Below are positions 27,070 through 43,147 of a stretch of 64,000 bases of DNA, piece after piece (the first letter of the stretch is position 1; each line of letters opens with the position of its first letter). Origin of the DNA: Eledone cirrhosa (Eukaryota). The position numbers were made by a program, and so were the translations under genes. The notes beneath the pieces are model-generated. The model was given only the letters and a program-made list of their open reading frames with translations. It did no database searches and was not told where the DNA came from. The stretch spans positions 60,016,001 through 60,080,000 of the forward strand of contig OZ024748.1 in assembly GCA_964016885.1 (NCBI GenBank). Reading direction: 5' to 3'.

Positions 27070-27070
<1 letters not shown>
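26306..27070 (+). mobile_element. 5'-truncated L1/Tx1-like LINE with a zf-RVT-type cysteine motif, inserted in (TATC)n
   Basis: [12 protein letters not shown]/...CPRCVRDEETVAHAFVHCPGVTDLW (CxxC...H-x4-C), then AKEVVWWTR; frameshifted; (TATC)n on both sides. Confidence 0.8.
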
Positions 27071-27104
<34 letters not shown>

Positions 27105-27185
27105 ATATCCATAAATCTCTCTATATACCTATCTCTGCCTCTCTGACTCTTTCTGTCTTTCTATCTTTCTGTCTCTCTCACTCTC

Positions 27186-27251
<66 letters not shown>

Positions 27252-27399
27252 TATATAAATATATATATATATATATGATTGTATACACACACACACATTT
27301 ATATATGTATATGTACAATCCTATCCATACACTTCTCTAGGCTGTATAAAGATTCCAACCCACTCATACCATTATCTCTTTGTCTGAGTTCTATCATTT

Positions 27400-27710
27400 A
27401 CAGGCAAAACTATGTCTCTCTCTTGAAACATCACCAAATGTATATTTTTAGATACATTTTACCCAAAGATTGGAACCATGAAATGTGTCCTAAGTATTTT
27501 ATAATGACAAAAAAGCTTTGACAATCTGTTTAAGAAGATATTATCTAGTAATGGAACGAACGTCTTTATCCCATATCCACCCCACTTATTACAATGTTTA
27601 AGAAGATAGTTGACGTTAAATATACTATCTATAAAAAATATAAACTGTCTGAAGACATCGTGTATTTTTAATAATAGCACACAATGCTGGTCATAACAGT
27701 CAGTTCCAGT
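27400..27710 (-). pseudogene. Decayed kringle-like segment
   Basis: TDCYDQ...KHCNKWG...KLFCHY...SWF after a T-rich tract. Confidence 0.3.
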
Positions 27711-27818
27711 GAATAATAAAAAAACAAAAAACAAAAGGGACACACGTACTCATACACACAGAAACACACACAGACACACACACATATATATATGCATTTA
27801 TATGTGTCTGTATGCGTT

Positions 27819-27870
<52 letters not shown>

Positions 27871-27900
27871 ATTATTTTGTTTATTTTGACATATATATAA

Positions 27901-28079
<179 letters not shown>

Positions 28080-28254
28080 TCTCTATATATAATTGATATG
28101 TGACTGGACACTTTCTTGTTCACAAGTGTTTTTAGGCATCATATCATGTTACCTTATTTTATCTGATGAGAACGCAATTATCGTCCCAGGATGATATTTG
28201 TTTTTGAAATGCGCATAAAAAATTATATGGAACTTTTTTTAACCTTTTTTAATT

Positions 28255-30670
<2,416 letters not shown>

Positions 30671-30707
30671 TCAAATTTATTATTATTATTATTACTAATA
30701 TTATTAA

Positions 30708-30892
30708 GGGTGGTGGATTGGCAGTATCGGTAGAGGGTCGGACGCCATGCTTTCCAGCATAGTTACGTCCCTTTACGATCTGAGTTCAAATCCCGCCGAG
30801 GTTGACTTTGCTTTTCATCCTTACGGGGGCGATAAAATAAAGTACCAGTAATGCACTGGATAATTTCTGGCCTTGTGCCTAAAGTAGAAACA
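30708..30892 (+). mobile_element. SINE family A
   Basis: A box TGGCAGTATCGG, B box GAGTTCAAATCC and family core. Confidence 0.85.
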
Positions 30893-31395
30893 ATTATTAC
30901 TATTATTATTATTATTATTACTATTATTATTATTATTATTACTATATATATATATATATGTGTGTGTGTGGTTATGTGTGTGTGTGTGTATATGTGCGTG
31001 TGTATATGTGTGTGTATGTATGTTTATGTAGTGGGTTCTGTTGTCATTATATATATATATACTGGGTAATTGCTGGCCTTGTGCCTAAAGTAGAAACAAT
31101 TATATATATATACTTAAAGGATGAATTTTCTATGAACATGTCTGCACTGATTTACTATTCCGACAGCAGTTTCCAGTTCTGCTATTTTTATATTCTCTCA
31201 ATTTTCACCATTTCCTTTAACTGATTGCTCAGATTAATATTTTACTACAAGTAACGACAATAATTTAATACACTGACACTATTGTTTAACATTTCTGCTA
31301 GAAAATTCTAATGAAGTCCAATTATATATATCTATGTTATACATCTCTATCTATGTATGTATATACAATAAAACTAACTCCGCGTTACACCCACT

Positions 31396-31431
<36 letters not shown>

Positions 31432-31469
31432 TTGCGAGGTTTTTTATATGAAATCGTGTGTCGAAACAG

Positions 31470-34429
31470 ATATTGTTATATTTGGGGAGGGTCATATTTG
31501 CGTAATATTGCCAGAATTAATAACAGAACACACTCACTGTTTGGTTGGTTTTCGCTTCTCGCTGTCTTTTATATATATATATCTGCGATCTAACTTACTC
31601 GGTCCTCAATGTTGCCATTGACTGACCGGCGGTCAAAAATAATACAGATACAATATAGACACAAACACATATATATAGTTTACATAATTTACATAAATCT
31701 TTCGTTGCACATCTGCAACATCGTCAGTGGTGTTATATTCATTGTTCCTCCTGTTGTGTTGTATGTCTACGCCATTTTTTTTTGTTCAGTCTGTCTATAT
31801 ATTTATTTATTTATTTGCTTGTTTGTTTATCTTATTTTATTTTGTCTTCTTTGCGCATGCGTTTGCGTGTGTGTATAGTGTGATGTGTGACTAGTGTGTA
31901 TAGTGTTGTGTCTGCTGGGTGACTAGTTTGTGTTTATGTGCTTGTGTATGTATTTATTTATCTTATTTTATTTAATTTTATTTACTTATTTATACTTCTC
32001 TTAGGTCAGTGTTGTTTGTTTGGGTGTTGTTGTTGTTCCACTCATTCTTTCTGTTTAGCTTTGGTCTTCTAATTTCTATTTCACTGGCCTCTCTGATTTG
32101 CCTATCTGCTGGGTCATTCCTATGTTTAGATATTATTCTAATTTCTATGTTGTCTATGTTACCGTCATGTTGTTGTCTAGCATGTTCGTATAGTACTGAC
32201 CCGTTTTTTCGTCCTTTTAGTTCCCCCCAGTGTTGGTCTATCCTTTCACCTATGCTACGAGCTGTCTCACCTATGTATGTTGTTGTCATGTTTCTGCAAG
32301 TACCCTCTGTACATCTTATGCTATAGACTACGTTTCTAGTTTTACAGTTTATCCGGGGGTTCACCTTACAAATGATACATTTCTTATTGGTACAGTGGGT
32401 TTTCTTAAAAGGGTAGGTTTTGCTGATCAGGGATTTTATGGTGGTTCCTGGCTTTTCTACCACCTTTATTTTTAAGTGGGTCTTTCTCAGGGCCTTTCTA
32501 CACTGGTTAGCTAATTTCCCTCCAGGGGTGGCGTCCACAAACATGACACTCTGATATCTCTGGTTGTCGTACCATGATGTGGCCTTCCCTATCTTATGTC
32601 TAGCCCTATCTAAGCTATTCCATGATTTGCTCCTGTATAGTGGGCAAATTCCTTTCATGTCCAGTTCTATGAGGGTCTTATACTTTTCCATGGCTCCTTC
32701 GTATACTCTGACTCTGTCTCTTTGGTTGTAGCCAGAGAACTGCATGCGGTTGATGAAGTGTTGGATGTGTCCTTCCATTTCTGTTGGGTCGCACATGCTG
32801 GACACATTCTTCATCACTCGTACCAAATCTGCGATCAGAATATTAAACTTAGCACTACTGGACATTGCTGAGTTTTTGAGTATCAGGTATTTGGAGGCCA
32901 TGGGTTTAGCATAGTGTGAGTGGAGAATTTGGGCTCTCTCGTCTATAGTGTTAATCCAGAGTTCTGTGTCTAATACAGGTAGTCTATTGTTAGGGTGTTT
33001 GGAAGGGAAGTCTATAGTTACAGTTATACTCTGGTGTATGGAATTAGCTATCTGCTGGATGCTTTCCATCGTGCTACGTTCTAAATCAAACTTGTTAGTG
33101 CTCTCTAGTGGGGGTGTTCTTATAACTATATTGATATCGTCTACATAACGAGAGTACATGATGAGGTCTATGGAGCTTTCATTAAGGAGATCTTTAAGTC
33201 TCCTTTCCCACCATACCATGAAAAGGTTGGCAACATCACCAGCTATGCTGACGCCGATGGCTGCTCCCTCATTTTGGGTGTAGATTTTCTCATTGAACTT
33301 AAATATGTGGCCCTTTAGGGTAGTTTTGATACTAGCCCCTATTGCATGTGCGACCATTTTTCTTACCTGATCAGTGTTTTGGGGGGTCCGTATAGCTTTG
33401 GTCCACCCAATCCACCTTCCTATGGGAGTCTTTTTAGCCATTGAGGTTATGGTGGGGGGTCTACCTCTTATAGGTCTACTAGGGCAGAAACATCTAAGGT
33501 CATGGCTGTCTAGGTAGTCAGTGTCGTAGGTAAGTCTAAGTAGGAGGCCCAGTTCGTCTGTGTCGACGGCGCAGAACTCCACCTCACTCTCAATGATCAC
33601 CTCCACACATTGTGAAACATGCAACAACATACATAGGTGAGACAGCTCGTAGCATAGGTGAAAGGATAGACCAACACTGGGGGGAACTAAAAGGACGAAA
33701 AAACGGGTCAGTACTATACGAACATGCTAGACAACAACATGACGGTAACATAGACAACATAGAAATTAGAATAATATCTAAACATAGGAATGACCCAGCA
33801 GATAGGCAAATCAGAGAGGCCAGTGAAATAGAAATTAGAAGACCAAAGCTAAACAGAAAGAATTAGTGGAACAACAACAACACCCAAACAAACAACACTG
33901 ACCTAAGAGAAGTATAAATAAGTAAATAAAATTAAATAAAATAAGATAAATAAATACATACACAAGCACATAAACACACACTAGTCACCCAGCAGACACA
34001 ACACTATACACACTAGTCACACATCACACTATACACACACGCAAACGCATGCGCAAAGAAGACAAAATAAAATAAGATAAACAAACAAGCAAATAAATAA
34101 ATAAATATATAGACAGACTGAACAAAAAAAAATGGCGTAGACATACAACACAACAGGAGGAACAATGAATATAACACCACTGACGATGTTGCAGATGTGC
34201 AACGAAAGATTTATGTAAATTATGTAAACTATATATATGTGTTTGTGTCTATATTGTATCTGTATTATTTTTGACCGCCGGTCAGTCAATGGCAACATTG
34301 AGGACCGAGTAAGTTAGATCGCAGATATATATATATAAAAGACAGCGAGAAGCGAAAACCAACCAAACAGTGAGTGTGTTCGGTTATTAATTCTGGCAAT
34401 ATTACGCAAATATGACCCTCCCCAAATAT

Positions 34430-34437
<8 letters not shown>
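31470..34437 (-). mobile_element. Penelope-like element, 5'-truncated, with an inverted pseudo-LTR
   Basis: 33614-34437 is a near-identical inverted copy of ~31470-32297; (TA)n lies at or near both ends. Confidence 0.92.
31990..33612 (-). CDS. Penelope-type reverse transcriptase plus C-terminal GIY-YIG endonuclease (N-terminus missing)
   Basis: FKFNEKIYTQNEGAAIGVSIAG, RYVDD, LPVLDTELW, a Cys linker CTNKKCIIC...C, NVVYSIRC...C...YIGETARS..ER..QH...H...H and LNRKNEW. The annotated start at 33630 lies in the inverted arm. Confidence 0.92.
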   Translation of the reverse strand, partial: QCVEVIIESEVEFCAVDTDELGLLLRLTYDTDYLDSHDLRCFCPSRPIRGRPPTITSMAKKTPIGRWIGWTKAIRTPQNTDQVRKMVAHAIGASIKTTLKGHIFKFNEKIYTQNEGAAIGVSIAGDVANLFMVWWERRLKDLLNESSIDLIMYSRYVDDINIVIRTPPLESTNKFDLERSTMESIQQIANSIHQSITVTIDFPSKHPNNRLPVLDTELWINTIDERAQILHSHYAKPMASKYLILKNSAMSSSAKFNILIADLVRVMKNVSSMCDPTEMEGHIQHFINRMQFSGYNQRDRVRVYEGAMEKYKTLIELDMKGICPLYRSKSWNSLDRARHKIGKATSWYDNQRYQSVMFVDATPGGKLANQCRKALRKTHLKIKVVEKPGTTIKSLISKTYPFKKTHCTNKKCIICKVNPRINCKTRNVVYSIRCTEGTCRNMTTTYIGETARSIGERIDQHWGELKGRKNGSVLYEHARQQHDGNIDNIEIRIISKHRNDPADRQIREASEIEIRRPKLNRKNEWNNNNTQTNNTDLREV

Positions 34438-34477
<40 letters not shown>

Positions 34478-34479
<2 letters not shown>

Positions 34480-34730
34480 CGAAGGAGGTGTGGTAAGGAA
34501 CCAGATGGACCATAACGCACCAGAGTACTCAATACTTAGGGTAGTAGAGTGGGTAATAGCAGAAAGTATGACCCCGACGGCAGAACTCAAGCCGTTTCGA
34601 CGGCTATTTCCGGACTAAAGTAAGAGTTTTTATTTATTTATCAGACTAAAAACTCTTACTTTAAACCAGAAATAGCCGTCGAGACGGCTTGAGCTCTGCC
34701 GTCAGGGTCATACCTTCACTACCTCTCTCA
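34478..34730. mobile_element. Inverted pair of family D pLTR-like fragments; other copies at 2068-2170, 10930-10990, 18290-18463, 19338-19500, 37127-37298, 42455-42595, 47505-47600 and 59958-60202
   Basis: Shared AACGAAGGA.GTGTGGTAAGGAACCAGATGGACCATAACGCACCAGAGTACTC...ACCCCGACGGCAGAGCTCAAGCCGTTTCGACGGCTATTTC. Confidence 0.8.
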
Positions 34731-34735
34731 CTCTC

Positions 34736-34788
<53 letters not shown>

Positions 34789-34856
34789 TATATATACATA
34801 TAATATAATTATATATATTTACTTACACAAACACATATACACAGACACAGACACAC

Positions 34857-34944
<88 letters not shown>

Positions 34945-35026
34945 CATATGTATATATTCATAAACCCATATATATCTATAAATGTTTAGTCTTCATACAT
35001 GTCTCTCTCTCTCTCTTTCTCCCCCC

Positions 35027-35100
<74 letters not shown>

Positions 35101-35396
35101 TATATACATATATAAATATATAATGTAAATATAGACGTGTATTTAAGCATGTCAGCCCATTTGTCTATAACGCAAAATAATTAGGATATAATTTATAATT
35201 TTGCAATTTTGAAACGAAAGACATTTTGAGAATCTATTTAGACGGACAATAAATGAGAAGATGTCCGAAATAACAGCAAGAGGATTCCAAAAATAGATCG
35301 AAATAATCAGAATGAACGGGAGAATGTGGTGGTTAGAGGAATAACGAAGGAGATTCAAAGTAAGATTAAAAATCTAGTATAGAATGAATTATATAT

Positions 35397-35813
35397 CTAT
35401 CTAGGGTGGGTAAACTTCCTGAGATCCATGGACGAGGTCCTCATTATCGCTGCCATGATCTGCGTCTCCAAGAGACCAGTGTCTGTCCTTAGGGCATCAA
35501 CATATGTTAACCTCGGTCTTCCTCTTCTAGTGTGTCCATGCAGGGGCTCCCACAGGAGCACTGAGTGCAGTTTCAACTCTGGATGTCGGTGAGCTTGTCC
35601 AGCTAACCTCAGTCTCCTCTGTGCTACTCTTGAGCTGACTTTTGGGAGGCTCCCGTACAGCTCTGAGTTCTTCATCCTCAGTGTATACTGATTAATGTTC
35701 AGAGCCATCCTCAGCATTCTCGTGTAGCATCCATCCACCATCTGAGTGAGTTTCTTGGTCAGTGTCCAAGTCTCAGACCCGTACAGCAGCACAGACTCCA
35801 CTACAGCAACGAA
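35397..35813 (-). mobile_element. RTE-clade LINE ORF2 C-terminal fragment
   Basis: ESVLLYGSETWTLTK...RMLRMAL...RRLRLAGQAHRH...LLWEP..G..RRGRPRLTYVD. Confidence 0.85.
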
Positions 35814-35847
35814 GTATATATATATATAGTGATATATATATTTGTAA

Positions 35848-37040
35848 TAGAGCTTACTGTCCAGGGCTAACTCTTACACGGAAGGACGCCGTCCGTGTAA
35901 CTTATGCTCGGAGGAAACATTACAAATGCTGTTTACAAAGGACCAATTCCTAAACAAAAAAGACGAACTTGTAACTGCATGAAAACTCCGATTGCGTAGG
36001 ACTTACCTCGCCCTTAAACCCCCTAATGACCCGGGTGGGTAGACAATGGCTGCAGCATCCTCCTTTTCCCAAATTGCCGAACAAGATAGGGGAAACCCCA
36101 GCTAACATAGGTAGATGTACCTCTTTTCTTTTCCTTTCTATTTTCTTCTTCCCTTTATCTCCTCCTATCACTTCCTTCCACTCCCTATCCTCTTCCTTTT
36201 TCCCCTTTCGCCTACCACGAGGCAGCCTATCGGGCTTTTGTAGCCCCAGAACCCCCTACCCCAGTAAATTATAGATAGAATTGGCCGACAACGATATATC
36301 AACTAATTATAGCAGCTCTTTTAGACCCCAGAGATTTTGTATTACTTTTTGCTACCCAATTCTATAATTTTACAAATTCTATAATTTTATGAATTCTATA
36401 ATTTTATAAATTTATTTAGTATCTTCTATTCTCAACTTATTAACCTATTCTATAGCATTAGCCGGAAACGCAATACCAAATAAATATAGCAGCTGTCTTA
36501 GACTCTAGAGATTTTTTTTCACTTCTTACTATCCAATTTTTATTTTTATATATTTTTTTCTTATTCATTTATCTTCTAATCTCAATTGATTTATCTATTC
36601 TACAACGTCCCTTACCTATTTGCTCCAGAATCCTTTTTCGCCTACTTCCTCTAGCCTAGTTTCATACACATTCCTTAGAATTTGCCGTATAGAATTCACT
36701 TTCAACGCTTGACAGGCTCCACCCACTCCCTCATTGTTCTACAAGCAAGTTCAGCCACCCCCACCACTCACCCACTGCCACGATAGACTTAATTGTGTTT
36801 ACAAGAAATTTTGACCAATCCTCTTGACAACTACAATCTTCTCATATAAGGAATTACCCCTTGAAAAGTTCGGCTATTTATTCACCACGCTAAAAATTCT
36901 AATTTAGTCCAGAAATAGCTGTCGAAACGGCTTGAGCTCTGCCGTTGGGGTCAAATATGTTCCTATTACCCACTCTACTACTCTAAGTGTTGAGTACTCT
37001 GGTGCGTTATGGTCCATCTGGTTCCTTACAACTCTTCCTT
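35848..37040 (+). mobile_element. 3' end of a second Penelope-like family: endonuclease C-terminus, 3' UTR and hammerhead-containing pLTR (parent of family D)
   Basis: SLLSRANSYTEGRRPCNLCSEETLQMLFTKDQFLNKKDELVTA* resembles the CxLCxxE...LNKRxEL tail of PLE endonucleases; the sequence continues into the family D terminus. Confidence 0.6.
36856..36951 (+). ncRNA. Type I hammerhead with U3-A8 core (family D)
   Basis: ACCCC-TTGAAAA-GTTCGGCTATTT...AAATAGCTGTC-GAAA-CGGC.TTGAGCTCT.GCCG-TT-GGGGT; other copies have GUC at the triplet. Confidence 0.75.
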
Positions 37041-37073
37041 TGTTATATTTATATATATATGTATACACACAAC

Positions 37074-37127
<54 letters not shown>

Positions 37128-37296
37128 ACGGAGTAAATGTGGTAAGGAACCAGGTGGACTATAACGCACCAAAGTACTCAATACTTAGGGTAATAGAGTG
37201 GGTAATAGGAACGAGTAGGACCCCGACGGCTGAGCTCAAGCCGTTTCGACGGCTAATTCTGGACTAAAATTTTTAGCCGTCGGGATCCTACTCGTT

Positions 37297-37366
<70 letters not shown>

Positions 37367-38039
37367 AGAGAAAGTACGCAATGTCTTTAGTACAAATGAA
37401 ACGTGCAGTCAATAAGGTAGATATAAAAAAATATCTCTGTGAGATTATGAGAAAACGAAAAGAAGAGATTTCCAATAATTGATGGCAGCATGTTTTCATT
37501 CATTTTTCATATTTATCATGGTGCCTAGATATGTATCGATCGATTTACAAAGAAAAATTTTCCGTCATAGAAAAGAATATATTTTTGAAAAGTATGCAAA
37601 AATCTATATCTGCTGAATTATCTTAAAAGTGAAGAAAGAATAAGCCGCTGATTTGAATAATATAACACATTTTGTTTTGGGGGTAATTACTCAATTTACT
37701 AGTTAAACATTAGAGGTAGGATTTTAAAACATAATTGTGTGTAATTATGAATATTTAGATGAGGTTTCTTTTGATACCAAGGAGAATCTATTATCATTTA
37801 AATATAATATCACACATTTCCTGAGAGAAATTGTTCAAGATATCAGTTAGTATTTTAAGACTTAAGTGAGTGTAATTATAAATATTTATATGTGATTTTT
37901 TTTACACCTAGGAGAATATATTGCTGAAGAAAACATGTATTATGTTTCTGGAGCGCCTAATTATCTTTTTCAATAAGCGTTAAGGAATATATACAAACAG
38001 AAGAACGTTTATGTTGCACACACATATATACATACATAC

Positions 38040-38117
<78 letters not shown>

Positions 38118-38362
38118 CATATATATATATATATATGTACATATATATTTAAACATGTATATATATACATATACATATACACACATATACATATACATAT
38201 ATATATATATATATACATACATATATATATATACAAATATACATATATATATATACATATACATATATATACACATATATATACATATACATATATATAC
38301 ACATATATATACATATACATATATATATACACATATATATACATATACATATATATATACAC

Positions 38363-38434
<72 letters not shown>

Positions 38435-38649
38435 ATATATATATATATATATGAATCCATACGTACATATATATATATGTGTGCATGTATGTATATATAC
38501 ATACTACTGTACGTCTGTATACATGTATGTATGTACGTATACATACTTATATTTAAGTCACAGCCGTACTACGAGTGGGAAATGAAATTTCGTTTCATTT
38601 TTTCCGTTTATATATATATACATATATATATACATATATATACATATAC

Positions 38650-38699
<50 letters not shown>

Positions 38700-38754
38700 A
38701 TATATAAATATACATATATACATATATATACATATATATATATATGTATATATA

Positions 38755-38805
<51 letters not shown>

Positions 38806-38854
38806 GTATATATAGCTGAAGATTAAATAAGTCAAACAAGAATCCAATTATACG

Positions 38855-38896
<42 letters not shown>

Positions 38897-38904
38897 GAGA
38901 GAGT

Positions 38905-38986
<82 letters not shown>

Positions 38987-39188
38987 AGAGTAACATGGTT
39001 GGCTGTACAATAACGGCTTTATTCAAAGTGCTGACAATTGTTTCATTGATCTGGTGCGTCTAGAGTTCGCTAAGCGCCTGATGCTGCGTCAATCGATCTC
39101 CAAACGTTGTTTACAACCAGGCAATACATCAGAGGGATTGGATATGGACTACCTCTAAGTGGATCACCTATAACGATAACTTGTTATT

Positions 39189-39290
<102 letters not shown>

Positions 39291-39548
39291 TTTTATATAT
39301 ACATATATATTTATATATATATATTTATATATATAAAAGTGCTCAAGATAGCTTATAAATTAGAGGGAAGTTCCTTAAAAGACGGAAAATGAAGTTGCCA
39401 TTGACCGCTATGAGAAATTAGACCCCCTATTTTGGAAATAGTTAGCATATTTTTTGCCATCTTTCAAGAGCCTTCACCCTAATTTATAAGCTATTTTTAT
39501 AGCATTTCTACGCTTCACCACTTTCTCTATATAATTATATATACATAT

Positions 39549-39653
<105 letters not shown>

Positions 39654-40221
39654 CAAACTAAACTCTCAACCGTATTGAATAATAGTATGACGTATAACCT
39701 TTTCAATTAGCAAATTATTTTAAATAATTAAATTCATTTGTGTTTGATATTATTTTGCTATTTAATCATTTAAAAAATGATTTGGCTCAGTCCATCCCGA
39801 TACAATATATTTAATTAAATTAATTTTTACACTATCTTAATTAAAGAGAAACTGTGATGAGTAAAATACTAATCAAAAGTGTTGTTAAGTCTGACTATAA
39901 TTAAATATTCCATTACCTATCCTATAAATGGTCATTTTGATGAAGTAATTAAACTTATTAACGTTTCCATGCCGGATGGAATATATACCAAATTGATTAA
40001 CTAATACATCCCTCCCTCCCCTCCTTCCTCCAACTTCTATTTGTTATATCATTGTTAATTCTTATATCTGAAAACATAATTTAATGTCGTAACTATCTAT
40101 ATATCTACATAGATTTGATTCAGTATACACGGCCTCGCTGACACAGACACAAACGCAGACACACATACATGCATATAAACATATAGATGCATATATATAT
40201 ATCTATACATACACACACATA

Positions 40222-40287
<66 letters not shown>

Positions 40288-40412
40288 TATTTATATACCC
40301 AACAGATTTCCAAGAGATGGCAACATGAATGGACCCATTATTTTTCTCTAAAAATATCTTTTTTTCAATTACACCCCACCCGTCCCTTCAATCTTTGTAA
40401 CATTACATTCTT

Positions 40413-40448
40413 TCTTCTGATGAAGGAGTGGCGTCCAAAACGTTAAGA
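40413..40448 (+). ncRNA. Degenerate minimal hammerhead (G12 lost)
   Basis: TCTT-CTGATGA-AGGA.GTGGCG.TCC-AAAA-CG-TT-AAGA. Confidence 0.45.
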
Positions 40449-40514
40449 CCCTCTTCCTGCTATTTCAAGCGTTAACGGGAATTTTACCCGCCTTAGATAG
40501 ATATAGATATATAC

Positions 40515-40596
<82 letters not shown>

Positions 40597-41019
40597 GGCG
40601 CGTGGCTGAGTGGTTAGAAAATTGGATTTGCAATCTTGAGGTTGTGATATATATGAGGTTGTGATATATATATAAATCTTCAGTGGGTACCCAATAATAT
40701 TAATAATGATAACCGAATCAACATCAATATTTAGAGATAATCACCAGTGCTTGAGGGGACTGCTAGGTTGTTAGTCCAGCAGTTCTAAAGAAAATCTCAC
40801 AATGTCCCGAAAATGGGAGGGAGGAGGTACCGCCAAAAGCAATACATGCGCAGGTCGTTGTACTCTGACAAGAATTCAAATATATATATATATATATATA
40901 TACCTCCAAAAGCAATATATGCGCAGGTCGTTGAACTCTGACAAAAATTCAAATATATATATAAATATATCGCTAAATATTGATGTTGATTTGGTTATCA
41001 ATATTAATATTATTTGGTA

Positions 41020-41142
41020 CCCACTGAAGATTTATAAAAGCCCCCTTGAATAAGTATCTGTTGATCTTATACAAGCTTCTACATAACTTGGTATAATTTC
41101 ACCCAACTTGTAGAACTCTTATAATGAAACGAGTCGTCTGGG
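41020..41142 (+). ncRNA. Type I hammerhead with long loop II, at the right arm of an inverted repeat (40671-40740 / 40968-41036)
   Basis: CCCA-CTGAAGA-TTTATAA...(~80 nt)...TTATAAT-GAAA-CGAGTCG-TC-TGGG. Confidence 0.65.
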
Positions 41143-41313
41143 AAATGATATATTTGATATATCTCATATGAAATAATACAGCCAATTATCCACACAATAC
41201 AATATAGTTAGCAGCCCAAACGTTTAATTGGGAATATACTCAGGTATCTCCCAATGTTTGTTGAGTGAGTTGGAATTTAGCCGGAGTATCGCTTTTAGCT
41301 TTCTCCGATTATG

Positions 41314-41395
<82 letters not shown>

Positions 41396-41620
41396 ATTTC
41401 ATACGAATGAAACAATTTTACACCTGTAGAAGTCGTTTCTATATATAATACAGGTTTATATACTCTACGAATGGATTAAATAAATTTTGTAACCTTGGCA
41501 CAACTCGAGAACCCCTATATATATATATGGAGTTTTAAATAAGAACTATTGGAAGTAATGCATGCAAGATTTCACATCTCTAGCATCACTCCTTCATAGT
41601 AATCGACGTTCTTTATATAT

Positions 41621-42365
41621 AAGCAGCAGTACCTAGCGTTGCCTGGGTAGGTAAAATAATATTTGTTTTCATGAAAAGGTGTTGATCTTAGCGACTGCTT
41701 CTCGATGACTCATCCATAGCCATAAACAGGACATGCGGGGGAGGGTGGTGATGACCTCCATCACTGAGAAACGCGGGTGACTGACGAAGGGGAATGCTGG
41801 GGGAGGGAGTTTCGAATTTAAACGAAATCGTTTAAAAAATGTGAGAGCTAGAGCCGAAAAGGCGGAAATTTGAGCGAAAAGGTCGTATTTTCGAATATTT
41901 AAGCGGTTGCCACTCCGTTCCTGAACAAAAAATCCAAAATCTAAAGACACTTTAAGACGTGAAATAATCAGATCAAGTGGGTTGATTAATGTAGGAGCTA
42001 AAGCTGAAAAAGTGGAAATTTGAGTCTAAAAGTGGTATTTTTGAACATTTAAGCGGCTGCCAGGCCGTCCCTGAACAACAAATGCCATTACAGGATGTGC
42101 AATGATAAATTCTATATTGCTTTAAAATTTGAACGAAATCGGTGGCAAAATGTGGGAGCTAGAGCCAAAAATCTTATTTTGCGATACCTAAAAAAAGTTG
42201 ATTTTTATCTGCGGAATGACCCCGAAATAAAAGAAAAACATACGCTGATATATGGAAAACACTCCTCGATGACTAATCTATGAGCCTCTAAAATTGCATG
42301 AAAATCGGTCGTAAGATGTAGGCCCCTATAGGTAATACACAGACACACACAAACATACTAAATTT

Positions 42366-42375
<10 letters not shown>
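41621..42375 (+). mobile_element. Non-autonomous Helitron/Helentron-like element
   Basis: 5' AGCAGTACCTAGCGTTGCCTGGG; internal repeats GTGGGAGCTAGAGCC.AAAA; 3' AAATTGCATGAAAATCGGTC...(ACAC/ACAG)...TTTTATATAT. Confidence 0.45.
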
Positions 42376-42439
<64 letters not shown>

Positions 42440-42599
42440 CGTATATATATTTCTGGGTCCAGAAATAGCCGTCGAAACAGCTTGAGCTCTGTCGTCGGGG
42501 TCTAACATTTTCCTATTACCCACTCTACTACTCTAAGTATAGAGTACTCTGGTGCGTTATGGTCCATGTGGTTCCTTACCACACTTCCTTCGTTATATA

Positions 42600-42679
<80 letters not shown>

Positions 42680-42923
42680 TGTGTGTGTATATGTATATAT
42701 ATTATATAAATATATATGTTTATCCCGGGTTCAATCGGAGGTAACCACAGTAAGTAAGTACTTAATAAATAGGAGAGTATAAATATTTAATATAGAAATG
42801 GCTTCTACAGGACTAAAACTGTTTAATTAGGGAGACATCATCACATAGCGTTAACCTAATATATACCTTCCATATACTGTACCGATTGTGTTGTTATTTC
42901 TGTCTACCTTTTACATACATACA

Positions 42924-43017
<94 letters not shown>

Positions 43018-43103
43018 GAGATTAAAGTTTAAGCAAAGAATCGCTGCTTTCACGGGATCTTCTCGAGCCCTCTTTGGATTTTAGTCTTCGAATTTATTAT
43101 TAT

Positions 43104-43147
<44 letters not shown>

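Noticed and set aside
33612-33866. Stand-alone 84-aa GIY-YIG gene
   Set aside because: It is the inverted pseudo-LTR copy of the Penelope 3' end.
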